Source of the DNA: Monocercomonoides exilis PA203
Lineage: Eukaryota > Protista > Preaxostyla
Length of the DNA: 64,000 nucleotides
Assembly: GCA_001643675.2 (NCBI GenBank)
Contig: LSRY02000046.1
Span: 558,001 to 622,000, forward strand
Reading direction: 5' to 3'
This document shows positions 11,919 to 23,293 of the stretch, in pieces. Both the position numbers and the translations under genes were made by a program. Every line of letters begins with the position of its first letter. Position 1 is the first letter of the stretch. The notes under the pieces were generated by a model. It had not been told where the DNA came from and made no database searches. It saw only the letters and a list, made by a program, of their open reading frames with translations.

Positions 11919-14900
11919 ATGGAAAGCGAATACAAAAACACGTCCAAAGCAGAAAAAGTGGCTGAAAAGCGAGAAAACGAAAAAGAGGAAGGGTGCAGTG
12001 GGAGCGGAGAATCGGGGAGTTCGGAGAGAAAGAGGCGGCCGAAGAACTACGAGGAGCGGAGCAACTTCCTGGCGAACTTTGTGTTCCTGTTCTTCTTCCG
12101 GTATGTGTTCCGGCGGCGGCCGATCATGGACGAGGATGTGTGCGAGATCGCGGAGGCGAACTCGACGGCAGTGAACTATCCGAAGGTGAAGCAGAAGTGG
12201 GAGGCGCGCTATCGGGGGTATGTGGCAGAGCTGGCAGCATACAGCGCAGAGAAGGAGGCGTGCGAGCGGGAGGGGAGGGTGCTCGGGAGGAAGGCGCCAG
12301 CGCGGCCGTCGGTGGTGGGGATGCTGGTGTCGCTGGGCGGGTGGCGGGTGTGGGTGTCGCAGGTGCTGATTGCGCTGAGTGCCGGGCCGAAGCTGGTGGG
12401 CCCGTTCCTGCTGCGGTGGCTGCTGGAGGCGCTGGCAGCGAAGGGGGCGAACGACGCCGCGGGGCTGGAGACGCCGTTCCCGGGGGGCGTGGTGGCTGGG
12501 CTGATTGTGCTGCCGCTGTTCACAGGGCTGTGCGAGTCGAACGGGTTCCGGTTCATCATCAACACGGCCGGGCAGATCCGGACAGGGATCAGCGGGATGA
12601 TCTACGACAAGACGCTGCACCTGAACATCGCAGCGCAGACGAAGATGGATGTGGGGAAGCTGGTGGCGCTGATCTCGACAGACACGCAGAACGTGACGGA
12701 GTCGCTGATGGATGTGCTGGCGATTGTGCAGTACCCGGTGCTGCTGGTGGGGGCGCTGGTGCTGCTGATTGTGGAGATCAAGTACTACACGGCGATAGCG
12801 GTGGTGCTGGTGGTGCTGATCTTCCCGGTGCAGGGGATGATTGCGGGGCAGATGTTCAAGGGGTACAGCCTGTATCTGGAGGCGAACGAGGAGCGGCTGA
12901 AGGCGACGAACGAGATGGTGCAAGGGATGCGGGTGGTGAAGCTGGGGGGGCTGGAGTCGGTGTTTCTGGAGCGGATCGGGAAGGCGCGGCAGGTGCAGCT
13001 GGGGCACTCGGCGCACTTTGTGTTTGCGCTGCAGATGATGTACTCGTCGATGTCGGCGTTCCCGATGTTCCTGCAGACGATTGTGCTGACAGCGTATCTG
13101 AAGGGGGAGGGGATCGCAGAGGAGGAGGTGGTGTACCACTTCTACCCGATCGGGAGCATCCTGGGGCTGTTCACGTTTGCGGCGACGGCGCTGCCGATGG
13201 TGATGCAGTCGGGGACGCTGCTGGTGGCGTCGGCGCAGCGGATTGCAGAGTTTCTGCTGCTTGAGGAGCGGGAGGAGTATGTGGAGGAGCTCAGCGAGAG
13301 AGACGAAGACGAAAACGAAGAAGAAGAAGAAGAAGAGAATGGGAATGGAAGGGGAAATGGGGGAAAGAGGGAGCATGCAGTGATCATCCGGAACGGGATG
13401 TTCAAGTGGTTGGACCCGCCAGCAATCCCGCTGATGAACGAAGAGAAGGAGCAGATGGAGAAGGAAAAAAAGGCGAAGGCGCAGAGAGAGAAGGCGGAGG
13501 CGAAGAAGAGGGAGAAGAAGAACAGGGGGAAGAAGGGGAAAGAGAAAGGAAAAGAGGAAAAGTCCTCCTCCTCATCTTCTTCATCATCTTCTTCTTCTTC
13601 TGACTTTGGTGAAGGAAATGAGGAAAAGGAGAAGGGAAGAGAGGGGAAGGGGGGTTCGAGTGTGGTGCTGAGAGACATCAACCTGAAGGTGAGGAAAGGG
13701 GAGCTTGTGTTTGTGGTTGGGGCAGTGGGGAGCGGGAAGTCGTCGCTGCTGGCAGCGATGAGCGGAGACATTGCGAAGGCCGATGAGCTGAGGGAGTGTG
13801 GTGAAGAAGAGAAAAAGGAAAAGGAAAGAAAAAAAGACCGAAGTAAAGGTGAGGGGGGAGGGTGGTGGCGTTCTCGCAGACGCCGTGGATCTTCAACGGG
13901 ACATGCAAGGAGAACATCCTGTTTGAGGGGGCGATGGAGGAGGGGAAGTACCGGGAGTGTGTGTCGGTGTGCTGCCTGGAGGCAGACTTTGGGGTGCTGG
14001 GGGCAGGGGACGAGACAGCGATTGGGGAGCGGGGGATCAACCTGAGCGGGGGGCAGAAGGCGCGGCTGCAGCTGGCGCGGTGTGTGTACAGCGGGGCGGA
14101 TGTTGTGCTGCTGGACGACCCGCTGTCGGCGGTGGATGCGCATGTGGGGAAGCGGCTGTTTGAGGAGTGCATTGTGGGGCTGCTGAAGGAGCAGCGCGGG
14201 GCGACAGTGGTTCTGGCGACGAACCAGGTGCAGTATGCAGACCGGGCAGACACAGTGGTTGTGATGGAAGGAGGGCGGATTGTGGCGAAGGGGACGAAGA
14301 AGGAGCTGGAGGAGAAGGGGATCGACCTGATGCGGCTGGCGAGGAAGTGGAGGAAGGGCGGGAAGGAGAAGGAGAAAGAAAAGGAGAAAATTGAGAAAGA
14401 AAAGGAGAAAGAGGAGAAGAAGGAAAGTGAAGTGATGGAAGTGATGGAATCGGTTACAGAGAAAGAGGCAGAGACTCATCCAGCAGAAACGACAGTTGAG
14501 ACAAATACCCCTTCTCAGCCAAATTCTTCACCGATGGCTTCGCCGACACCCACAGAGGAGCAGCTGGTGTCTGATGCAAGCACACCAGCAAGCAGAGCAG
14601 AGGGAGAAGAGAAGGGAGCGAAGAAGGCGGCGATGCAGATGATGACGGAGGAGGAGCAGATGGTGTCGAGTGTGCCGTGGGGGATCTATGTGGACTATCT
14701 GGGGAAGCTAGGGAGCCCGGCGGCAGTGGGGTGCTATCTGGTGCTGCTGGTGGTGTGCGAGGGGGTGAACACGCTGAACACGTACTGGATGAACGTGGTG
14801 AGCACGCCGGGGCTGGCGGCGGGGCTGGGGTTTGACTGGAAGCTGGGGATGATGGGGGTGGTGGCGGTTGTGTTCCTGGGGCTGGTGGTGGTGCGGGCAG

Positions 14901-16612
14901 GGGTGTTCACGTCGTTCACGCGGCGGGCGAACAGGAAGATCCACGACGAGCTGGCGGCGCATGTGGCAGGGTGCCCTCCCGTGTTCTTCGACACGACGCC
15001 CACGGGGCGGATCCTGAACCGGTTCAGCAGCGACATCACGAAGACAGACACAGACCTGCCGACGACGTTCACGTATCTGCTGCAGACGTGGCTGGGGGTG
15101 GTGGGGACGTGTGTGGTGGGGGCGATCGACTGGCCGTACTTCCTGCTGTTTGTGGCGGGGGTGCTGGGGCTGCTGCACGTGATAGTGGTGGTGTACCCGC
15201 GGACGTCGCGGAACCTGACGCGGCTGGAGGGGATCACGCGGAGCCCGGTGATGGCGCAGTTCACAGAGACGGTGACGGGGGCGGGGCTGAGCACGATCCG
15301 GCTGGGGCGGCGGGAGGGGGTGTGGGAGGGGCGGTTTGCAGAGAAGGTGGATGTGTGGGGGTCGGCGTTTGTGCTGGTGCGGGAGGGGCTGCAGTGGGCG
15401 AACGTGATGATCCAGGGGATCTGCTGTGTGTTCACGGTGGGGGTGACGGTGCTGGGGTGGCACTTCATGGGGGCGTCGAGCGTGGGGCTGGCGGTGTCGG
15501 CGTCGTACAACCTGGGGTGGCAGGGGACGCTGCTGGTGACGATGGGGGTGCTTGTGGAGTCGACGATGACGAACCTGGAGCGGATCCGGTTCTACTCGAC
15601 GCGGCTGCCGCAGGAGACGAAGCGGGTGGAGGTGGAGCCCGAGGCAAGCTGGCCGAGCGAGGGGGCGGTGTCGTTCGAGGATGTGTCGTTCCGGTACCGG
15701 CCGGGGCTGCCGCTGGTGCTGAAGGATGTGTCGTTCAAGATCCGAGGAGGGGAGAAGGTCGGGGTGTGCGGGCGGACAGGGGCCGGGAAGACGAGCCTGG
15801 TGCAGGCGCTGTTCCGGCTGGTGGAGCTGGACCCGGCGCTGATGCCGCAGCTGATCGATGTGGACACGGGGCTGCCTGTGGAGCAGGAGCAGGAGCAGCC
15901 AACAACTACTCAATCTTCAAGCTCAAGTTCTTCATTGGCACAGATGGAAGAAGGGGGCTGTGTTGGAAAGGAGAAGGAGCAGAACAGCGGGCGGATTGTG
16001 ATTGACGGGGTGGACATCTCGAAGGTGGGGCTGGGGCGGCTTCGGAGGTCGATGGCGATCATCCCGCAAGACCCGACGCTGTTTGAGGGGACAGTGCGGA
16101 TGAACCTGGACCTGGGAGGGAAGCAGAGCGACGAGCGGCTGTGGGCAGTGCTGGAGCAGGCAGAGATGGGGGAGGTGGTGCGGGGCATGGAGGGCGGGCT
16201 GGAGGGCCATGTGGCAGAGGGCGGGGCGAACCTGAGCTGCGGGCAGCGGCAGCTGCTGTGCCTGGCGCGGGCGATTGTGGACGAGTGCAAGATTGTGGTG
16301 CTGGACGAGGCGACAGCGAATGTGGATGCAGAGACCGACAGCAAGATCCAGCACACGATCCGGACATCGTTTGCGGGGCAGACAGCGATCATCATTGCGC
16401 ATCGGCTGCACACGATTGTGGGGTGCGACCGGATCCTGGTGATGGACAAGGGGGAGGCGAAGGAGCTGGACACGCCGCAGGCGCTGATGAAAGACCCGGC
16501 ATCGCTGTTCTCGCAGCTGCTGGCACACTCGGGGCTGGGCAGCAAGGGGGTGAGTGGTGCGAGTGAGTGTGAGGCAGGGAAGAGGGAAGGGGAAAAGGAA
16601 CATGAAGAATAG
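11919..16612 (+). CDS. ABCC/MRP-type full ABC transporter (TMD-NBD-TMD-NBD, no TMD0), intronless, ~1563 aa after correcting two homopolymer insertions near 13829-13858
   Basis: NBD1 has GAVGSGKSS, LSGGQ and VLLDDPLSAVDAHVG. TMD2 has FFDTTPTGRILNRFSSD. NBD2 has GRTGAGKTS, IIPQDPTLFEGT, LSCGQRQL, VLDEATANVD and IAHRL. The right-arm copy reads through the frameshift. Confidence 0.93.
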
Positions 16613-17010
16613 AAGGGAGTGAAAAATTAGAAAATGAGAAAGAGAGAGAAGAGAGAGTGTGTGTGAAATGTTTTGATTGGATGGAAAGAGAAGGGTTGAG
16701 GGGAGGAATGAGGTGAATGGAAGATGACAGAGGCAGCGAGCGGCTGTTCTGAACAACTGTGAACTGTCAAGTGTAAGTTATTGATTTCGATTTGTTATGT
16801 TTTCTCTTTTTGCATATTTATTGATTACAAATACTTTCTGGCTGTTTGTTGTGTGGATGCTTTTGAGAGGTTATTTATTTGTTAATTTGTTTTTTTGAAA
16901 GGAAGACAGCAACTGTGGTGCCTGATTTCCTTGGTCGCCTGTCTTCGCTGGAGAAGAGCAGGCGATGCAAGGCTGTGATATATCTTCGGTTATGCCTTTT
17001 TTGCTGGATG

Positions 17011-17058
17011 CTCTTTCTCTTTCTCTTTCTCTTTCTCTTTCTCTTTCTCTTTCTCTTT
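17011..17058 (+). repeat. (CTCTTT)8 microsatellite; mirrored as (AAAGAG)8 at 41141-41188
   Basis: Direct reading of the sequence. Confidence 0.9.
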
Positions 17059-18242
17059 TATTGATTTTGTTTGCAACATTCATTTATTTTGATGTTTTTT
17101 TCATTGTGTTTCTTTTTGGTTGGGGAGTTGCCCGTTGTGGAGAGGCACAGTCTTGTTTTTTTACAAAAAATCAACGTTTTCTTGATTCCTTCCTTTTGTT
17201 CTCGTTATGTTGTTTTCATTGTCTTTTATTTTTATTCTTTTTCTTTTTTGTTGTGTTTGAGAATGGTTAGGTTTTTTTGGGGTGGGGATGAACTGGGTTG
17301 TGGAATGAATCAGTGAGAATAAACACGAAATGATTCATTCGCGATTTGTTTGTTTGTTTGTTTGTTAAGCTCCAAAGAAGCTGTTTTTGTGGGGATTGTT
17401 GTGGCTTTGATGGCAGCGAGAAACAAATGCTTTGCTTGTTCCATTTTGGGGGGAAAATGCAAGAGTTTCGAGGCACTTTCAGCCCACTTTCTTTTTCTTT
17501 GGATGAAGGAAGATCCTCATTTTCCATCTCCTGCTTTGTGTTTTTGAAAGAAAGTGAAGGATAAGGAGTGTCGTTGTGTGGCAAAGGCCAGTTGACTGTT
17601 GATGAGGATGTTTTGTGTGTGTTGTGTGTTTGTGTTTGCTTCACTGGGAAGGAAAATGGGTTGAACCGATTGCAGAAAGGCCAATGAGAAACAGGGTATT
17701 TTGGGAAGATTGAACCCTCGCAATCCACACAACGAGCTTCTTTGTTGACATTGTTTGATTTTTGAATTTTGTTTTTGAAAGAGTTCGTTCATTCGTTTCC
17801 TTTCATCTTTGTCTTTGTGGAAGGGCAGCTGGGTGCACACAGCCTCCAAGTGTGCAGTGCTGCTTCATTTTGTGTTCTTCCTGTTCTTTTTGTTCTTTTT
17901 GTTTTTGCTCTTCAACACACTTTGCAGCCTCTGGGCGTGTTTCTGTGTGTGTTTTCTGCTTTTGCTCTTTTTTGGAGTCTTTTCGCCTGAAACAGCCAGC
18001 AAAGACCAAAAACGCATCTGAATCTGCCTGTTTATCTCCAAAACACCAGAAACGGTGCTTTCGCTCAACAACTCAAAAAAGAAAAGAAAAAGAAAAGTGC
18101 ATTTGCTTAAAAAGTGAAGTGATTGAAAATGAAAAGGAAAAGGGGGAGGAAAAAAACGATATGAGGTGGGAAGTTTGACTGTGGAAGTGAAAGTGAAGTT
18201 GTTCTGCTCATCGGCCTTGCACGAGGAAAGCGAAAGTGCTGG

Positions 18243-20469
18243 TCAAATTCCAAACGATTCATTCAACGCTCTGCTGGCCTCTTCTGCATCTGTGTGGGCA
18301 GACAACGGAGTGGAAGAGGAAGAGGAAGAGGAAGAGGATGATGAAGCAGCAGTCAGAGTGATTTGTGTGATGGCAGCATGGCTGTCAGCGGAGTGCTCAT
18401 CCTGTTGTTCAGCCAGAGGCTGCATGTGCTGCTCTGACGATGCAGATGCACTTGGCCCTGCTGATTCTGAAGGTGCAAACTTGTGAAGAGGATTCGGAGC
18501 AGAGTGCGCGAACACTGCTGTGGCGGGCGTCAGCCCATCATCTGGAAGGACGGGCAGAACAAAAGGATTCCACCACCTCCAATCAGCCAGACACCAAATA
18601 CAACAAGTTAAAAAAAAATGAAAATAAATAAAAATTGAAAAGAAAAATCATAAATGCGAAATTGCGATATTGGTCGTGAAGTCTCCCCCATATCCTCCCA
18701 CCACCCCCTCTTTTCAGCACATACTGCCTTCTGTTTGTCCCCAGCGTGCCCTCCATGTTTTTCCCTGCTGTCCCTCGGTCGAACATCTCCACCACACCCT
18801 CGTCGAACTCGTCGTCCAGCGTCGTCAGGTTCCGCCGGATCAGCGACACATGGAACAGCAGCAGGAACAGCGCCGACAGCGCCAGCGTCACACAGATCAC
18901 ACACATCGCAAACACAAAGATCGTCCCCCCATCCTCCCCAAACGGCTCTGGCGACTGCTCACCCCAAACCCAATTCCATTCCCAAAACCCAACCAGACAG
19001 GCATGGGCATGTGCACAGCATTTGCAAACAACAGAATGAGCAAGTCAAAAAAAAAAAATGAAAAGAGAGAGAAAGAGAAACAAATTCAATCACATTCATT
19101 TTTAACCACCACTCAATCCAATTCAAATTCAAATGCAACTCTCACACACACAGAGAACATACCATGAAAAGGACAATCCCGCCCAGCACAGAATACATCA
19201 GCGCCACAATCACTGTGTACAGCAGAAACAGGATGAAGAACTTGTGGTTGTATGCCCCAACACACGTCCCCACCCACGGACCTGCCACCCACCACATCCC
19301 ATCCAGAAATAACACAAAAAAAGAGAAAGAGAGAAAAATGAATATGAACAAATGCCTCAAATCCAATCCAAAAAAGAAAGAAAAAATTGAATTTCGCTTT
19401 CTCTCACTCTCACTCTCTCTCTTGTTCACACAGTGGTGGTCCATCTTCATCACACATCGCTTGCAGATCGAGCAGTGGTGCGCCCGCTCCGGCCGTACAC
19501 GCCCGCACTCCTTGCAAAATGTCATGTTGTATCTCCTCTGCACCTGCGCCTCCCCGCTCGGTGCTGCCCCCACCAAGCTCCCCTGCAGCGGCTGTGTGTC
19601 TGCAGCCACCCCCACAGAACACACGGTCACAAAAAAAAGCAATTAAAAAAGCAAATAGAGCAGCCAAGAACAAGCCACACACCAGACGCACCATCATCCT
19701 CCATCTCAATCTGCTGCCCACTCTCACCACTCTCACCACTTTCCCCATTCCCTGTGCTCCCTGCTTCCCACCCCACCTCTCCAAACACCCCCGGCCCGTG
19801 CAGCACAGGCCCCGATGACCCGATCGTGTGGTCCACTTCGTACACCCCAACTACCCTTGCGCCAAGTGAGACAGATTGCAAAGGCAGGCAAAACACATTC
19901 TGCCGCAGGCTGAACTCGTTGTATGTCTTCGTCGCCTGCTCCACCCACCACTCCGGAGGCGTCCCTGCACAGCCCCACAACCACACACAACCCCAACAGC
20001 CAGTCAAAATAAACCATAAAAAAATCAAAGAAGAACAGCACACCTGGGTCAGTCCAACTGCGCACAAGCACAAAGCCAAAAAAAACAAAAGAAAAATGCA
20101 AAAAAATAGTGATTGAAGAGGAAAATTGCAAAGGAGAGGCCACAAACAACGTTGCGTTGTACGCTGCAACCTCCAGCACCAGCAGCCCGAAAAACACGAC
20201 AGACACCCCCACAGCCACAAAAGGCGAAAACGACCACAAAAACGGGATTACCCACCCCGCAAAGCACACCCCCACCGACACCTGGATGGAGCTGCCCCGC
20301 ATAAAAAATATATATATAAACAGAAAAGCAGAAAATGCACCCGTCAGCACACACGCACCAGCCACACCAAAAGCGCTCCAAACCTCACCATCACAAGCAT
20401 GCACCACCCCAGCGGGTCGTTGCAGCACCCCCCGCAGTCCCGAAATCGGTAGCATTCTCTTTTCCCCAT
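18243..20469 (-). CDS. DHHC palmitoyl-acyltransferase (multi-exon), left-arm copy
   Basis: MGKRECYRFRDCGGCCNDPLGWC..., spliced WTDPG, CKECGRVRPERAHHCSICKRCVMKMDHHC|PWVGTCVGAYNHKFFILFL, and the NLTTLD (TTxE-like) motif. Confidence 0.88.
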
Positions 20470-20546
20470 CGTTCTGCTTGCGCCGCTCCTCACAGCTTTT
20501 CAGCCGCAAAAACAAAAAAAATGCGAAAATGCGAATTTATGTTGGG

Positions 20547-20774
20547 CACAAATTGGAGAAAATTTTTGAATTTCACAATAATCCTAAACAATTGTGGAAT
20601 AATCTGAGCTAGTAATTTGAAATGTATTTTGATGAAACTTCTGCAATTCTAAGTGGGGAAAATGAAATATTAATCATTTATTCAAAAAAAATACCAGAAG
20701 AAATACAAAACCAAATGAATTCCAAGCTATTGTTTATTTCAATTTGTTGATGAAATACTCTTTGAAATGTTGCA
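20547..20774 (+). repeat. Diverged ~230-bp non-coding repeat R1; inverted homeolog at 37429-37651
   Basis: Shared blocks include TAAACAATTGTGGA, AAATGAATT(C/T)CAAGCTATT and TTGATGAAATAC(T/G)CTTTGAAATGTTGCA; roughly 70% identity by eye. Confidence 0.8.
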
Positions 20775-20845
20775 ATTAAGCCTTTGCGACAAGGAAAAAT
20801 TGAACGATGATTGTCGGTCGATTGGAAAAACCAATGTAGAATTTT

Positions 20846-20850
<5 letters not shown>

Positions 20851-20928
<78 letters not shown>
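20851..20928 (+). repeat. Poly(T) tract, 78 nt, inside the left end of the hAT
   Basis: Direct reading of the sequence. Confidence 0.9.
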
Positions 20929-20929
<1 letters not shown>

Positions 20930-21649
20930 AGACATGAAAGTTTTTATCTGTGTTGAATAATTCGATTGAACAAAAACAAATAAATAAATAACAAAAAAAT
21001 TTAAGAAAAAAGTTTAAATTTTTCAAAGATCAAAAATACCATAATTATAAATAATTTTATCCTAATAATGGGTTTGATCAAAATAATTAATTGTTTAACT
21101 GATGAATCGTTAAATATAAAGTGTTGTAAGCTTCGCATTTCATAAATATTTATGGCATATATTTAATGTCTATAGTATGTTTTTTGCTTCTCGCCAATTT
21201 CATTTTGTTCTCAAAAATGATCTTTGTTAATGAACTATTATTTCACTCTCGCATTTTTCAATGCACAATCATTTCAACGTGTTTGAGAATTTTAAGAATT
21301 TGCTAATTTCATAGGTAGTGGATGATTGAGCATAAGCTTTTAGAAATTTCACACACTTTTACGATCCTTTAAAATTTTGATTTGAATTGTGTTTTGATTA
21401 TTTTCATTTTATTGTTTTTGTATAGATTTCAATTGATTTTTTAAAATAAACGCAATTTCAAATCGATAATTGAATAAAAGTTTATTTTTTCAAAGAAAAA
21501 TTTAGATTTTTAGTGTTTGAAAGTTGAGAAAATTATTAAATGTTTTAACTGTAGATTTTTCACAATAATTTTAACTCTTTCATTTGAAAAAATATCAAAG
21601 AATGAACTTTGAAATATTAACAATTTGAGAATGACACATTTAAGCAAGT

Positions 21650-22779
21650 TCAGAAGGTTTTTGAGAAACTGAGATGCAGACATAGACCAGGAGCAGTGAA
21701 GGAAAGTCGCACGGGAGGCGTGGAAAATGAAAAAGGATATGAAAATGAAGTTTGTTTATGAGAAGCGGTTTTTGTATTCGGAATCAGAAGAGCTTCTTCT
21801 TTCTGAGAGTGGGAAAACCGAATATATCTTGTGGAGAGACTCAGACAAGATCCCTCAATGGATATAGGAAAAGGAGGAAGACGAAGAAACAGAAGAGGAA
21901 ACGAGAAAGAGATTTCCAGAGTCATCCGTTTCATCCACTTCAACGAGTGATTCAGATTCAACTTTTGTTCGATCGAAGAGTCTGTGCCCAACAACCTCAT
22001 CAATGTCGAACTTGGTGGATGCAATGGCATGCTCATCTACTCATGAGAAACTGATTGTGGATTTGAGGGATTCTCTGTTCATGTTGCTTCATGGAAGGAA
22101 CGAGAAAAAGGAGATGGCGATTGGCACTTTGAAGGAGAGAGAAGTGACAGCTGCTCGGGTTTTATTGGAGGTGGCGAATGAGACAATTTCACTCGTTTTG
22201 TGAGACGGAAGATCTGCTTTTATCGTTAGCTAGTCTGAGTCCTCATGTTGCGTTGTTCTCTGAGCATGCCATCACCTGCATTTATCTTTATTCAGATTGT
22301 TTTGATGATTCCGATTCGTAATCAATCTCTTCAAGCTCCGCAATTGAAATATCTCATTTGATGTTCCGATGATAAGCGAGAGATTCGTAGATTCACTACT
22401 GCTCCCATCTGTTCTTGAGGATGAGGATGACACCATGAAGGAGTGTTTGAGGTGGAAAGTGGCAGAGCTACTGACAAATAAGAAGATGGAAGCAACGAAT
22501 GAATCAGCTGTACTCTCGATTGGAATGATGCTGTGGGAGCGTTTGACACTCCAGATCCCATTTGGGGAGTACGACACAGTGATTACAGGAAACAAGATTA
22601 CCAAAGGAGAAAGAATAAACGCTTCTGTAGTCAGCATGTCAACATATTTTGAGTCTGTAAAAGCGTTCGTAGCATCAAAAGCATCATGTAGACCAACATT
22701 TGCCGAATTGAAAAAACCGTTTGTTCAGTATTTTTCAAAAGGAACTGTGTTTGGAACAGAATCCGATGCAATTTCTTGA
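21650..22779 (+). pseudogene. Degraded C-terminal fragment of a tyrosine-kinase-like (TKL) host gene family, carried inside the hAT
   Basis: SSMSNLVDAMACSSTHEKLIVDLRDSLFMLLHGRNEK..., LSPHVALFSEH and ECLRWKVAELL..SAVLSIGMMLWERLTLQIPFGEY..RPTFAELK (kinase subdomains VIII-XI), with several stops and frameshifts. Confidence 0.75.
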
Positions 22780-23293
22780 AGAAAATAGCAAATAAAAGCA
22801 AAAAAATAGCGGAAGCGTGCAAAATGGATTCATGGAATACTCATGAGATGTTCATCCTGAGACATTTTGAAAGAATTTTTTATATAAGTTAAGAAAATAA
22901 GAAGTTTTTCAATCGGTCGAAGGATTATAACCTTTTTTGCTGGAATGATCAAAAGTTTTGCTCAAGAAAAGATGGAAGATAGATATTAAAAAAAATTGAT
23001 GAGGAAGTCAGTATTCATGTGACTTCATAAATTGTTAACATATGTTTTTGCATGGAGATGCTGTTCGTGAAAGAGAAAATTAGAGAATGTTAACAATTTT
23101 TGTTTGAAAATGCATCATATCGAAAAATAAAGTCAACTTATGCATTAAAAAAATGTTTGTTTATGAACTTATGGAGATGTGATTTAAAAATAATAATTGT
23201 CAAAATTTCAAAAATAGAAATTGCTTTATATTGAAAAGCGTTATATGATAAATAACAAAGGAGCATATTAAATGAACAAAAATGAAAAAAAAA

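Larger units (their letters stand above)
10374..20546 (+). repeat. Left arm of ~10.2-kb inverted duplication
   Basis: Reverse complement of 37652-47820. Paired ORFs are identical, with coordinate sums of 58194-58201. Internal differences noticed are 1-bp homopolymer indels. Confidence 0.97.

Noticed and set aside
11862-16756. Many long antisense and alternate-frame ORFs (up to 504 aa; H/Q/R/P- or G/A-rich) over the ABCC gene and its mirror copy
   Set aside because: These are shadows of the G-saturated codon usage, which removes off-frame stops. They show no domain-like content.
16620-18240. Short ORFs between ABCC and DHHC (and the mirror region 39960-41580)
   Set aside because: The region is T/G-rich, simple-sequence and UTR-like, with no recognisable protein. 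No tRNA or other RNA gene was recognised here or elsewhere in the window.
20547-20791. Inverted duplication produced directly by hAT alternative transposition
   Set aside because: Perfect arm identity ends 230 bp from the TIR, and no TIR or TSD is present at the right-arm junction. Only an indirect role remains possible.
20678-20935. Poly-Lys ORF (and the poly-Phe ORF at 35580-35771)
   Set aside because: These are translations of homopolymer tracts.
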